Below, piece by piece: positions 63,901 through 64,000 of a stretch of DNA of 64,000 bases. Position numbers and translations under genes: made by a program. Source of the DNA: Octopus sinensis. Taxonomy: Eukaryota. The stretch's first letter is position 1, and the number at the start of each line of letters is the position of its first letter. The notes under the pieces are model-generated. The model did no database searches. It saw only the letters and a list, made by a program, of their open reading frames with translations, and had not been told where the DNA came from. The DNA lies in assembly GCF_006345805.1 (NCBI RefSeq), contig NC_042998.1, forward strand, positions 55,924,001-55,988,000. The letters are read 5' to 3'.

Positions 63901-64000
63901 GTGTGATGTGGAAAATTTTCCTTTAATAGTGTGTTAAATTATAAGGCACCAAAAGAGAATAATTCTCCCCAGAAACGACAGAATATGCTTCAACACACAA

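Overview
This is AT-rich eukaryotic DNA, not prokaryotic. The SINE families and heavy (TA)n/(CA)n/(TATG)n load look like an Octopus (coleoid cephalopod) genome; that is pattern recognition, not a search result. The window behaves like intron sequence of one + strand host gene. I can support only one exon: 37548-37617, IKKEDIIYEPIRFRRQTVCDCPPG, a furin site plus C-x-C-P-P-G, typical of MACIT (collagen XIII/XXIII/XXV-like) transmembrane collagens. The rest is a layered, mostly decayed transposon record: mariner (DD34D-type), maT (DD37D), rosa (DD41D), Tc1, pogo/Tigger, hAT and Merlin fossils; Merlin-like, piggyBac-like and Tc2-like MITEs; CR1, RTE, L2-like and Penelope-like (PLE) retroelements; and several SINE families. 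No intact transposase or RT ORF was seen, and most long ORFs in the track are microsatellite artefacts. The most notable items are: (1) PLE-associated minimal hammerhead ribozyme motifs, including an inverted pair and a shared CUGUUGA core variant; (2) a PLE with twin-priming-type inversion geometry; (3) a DD41D element carrying two right ends; (4) a TTAGGG-carrying Merlin-like MITE family, one copy flanked by ~183-bp direct repeats; (5) a perfect 57-bp hairpin with two CRE sites among many intronic fold-backs. Repeat boundaries are by eye (+/- ~20 bp unless TIR/TSD coordinates are given).
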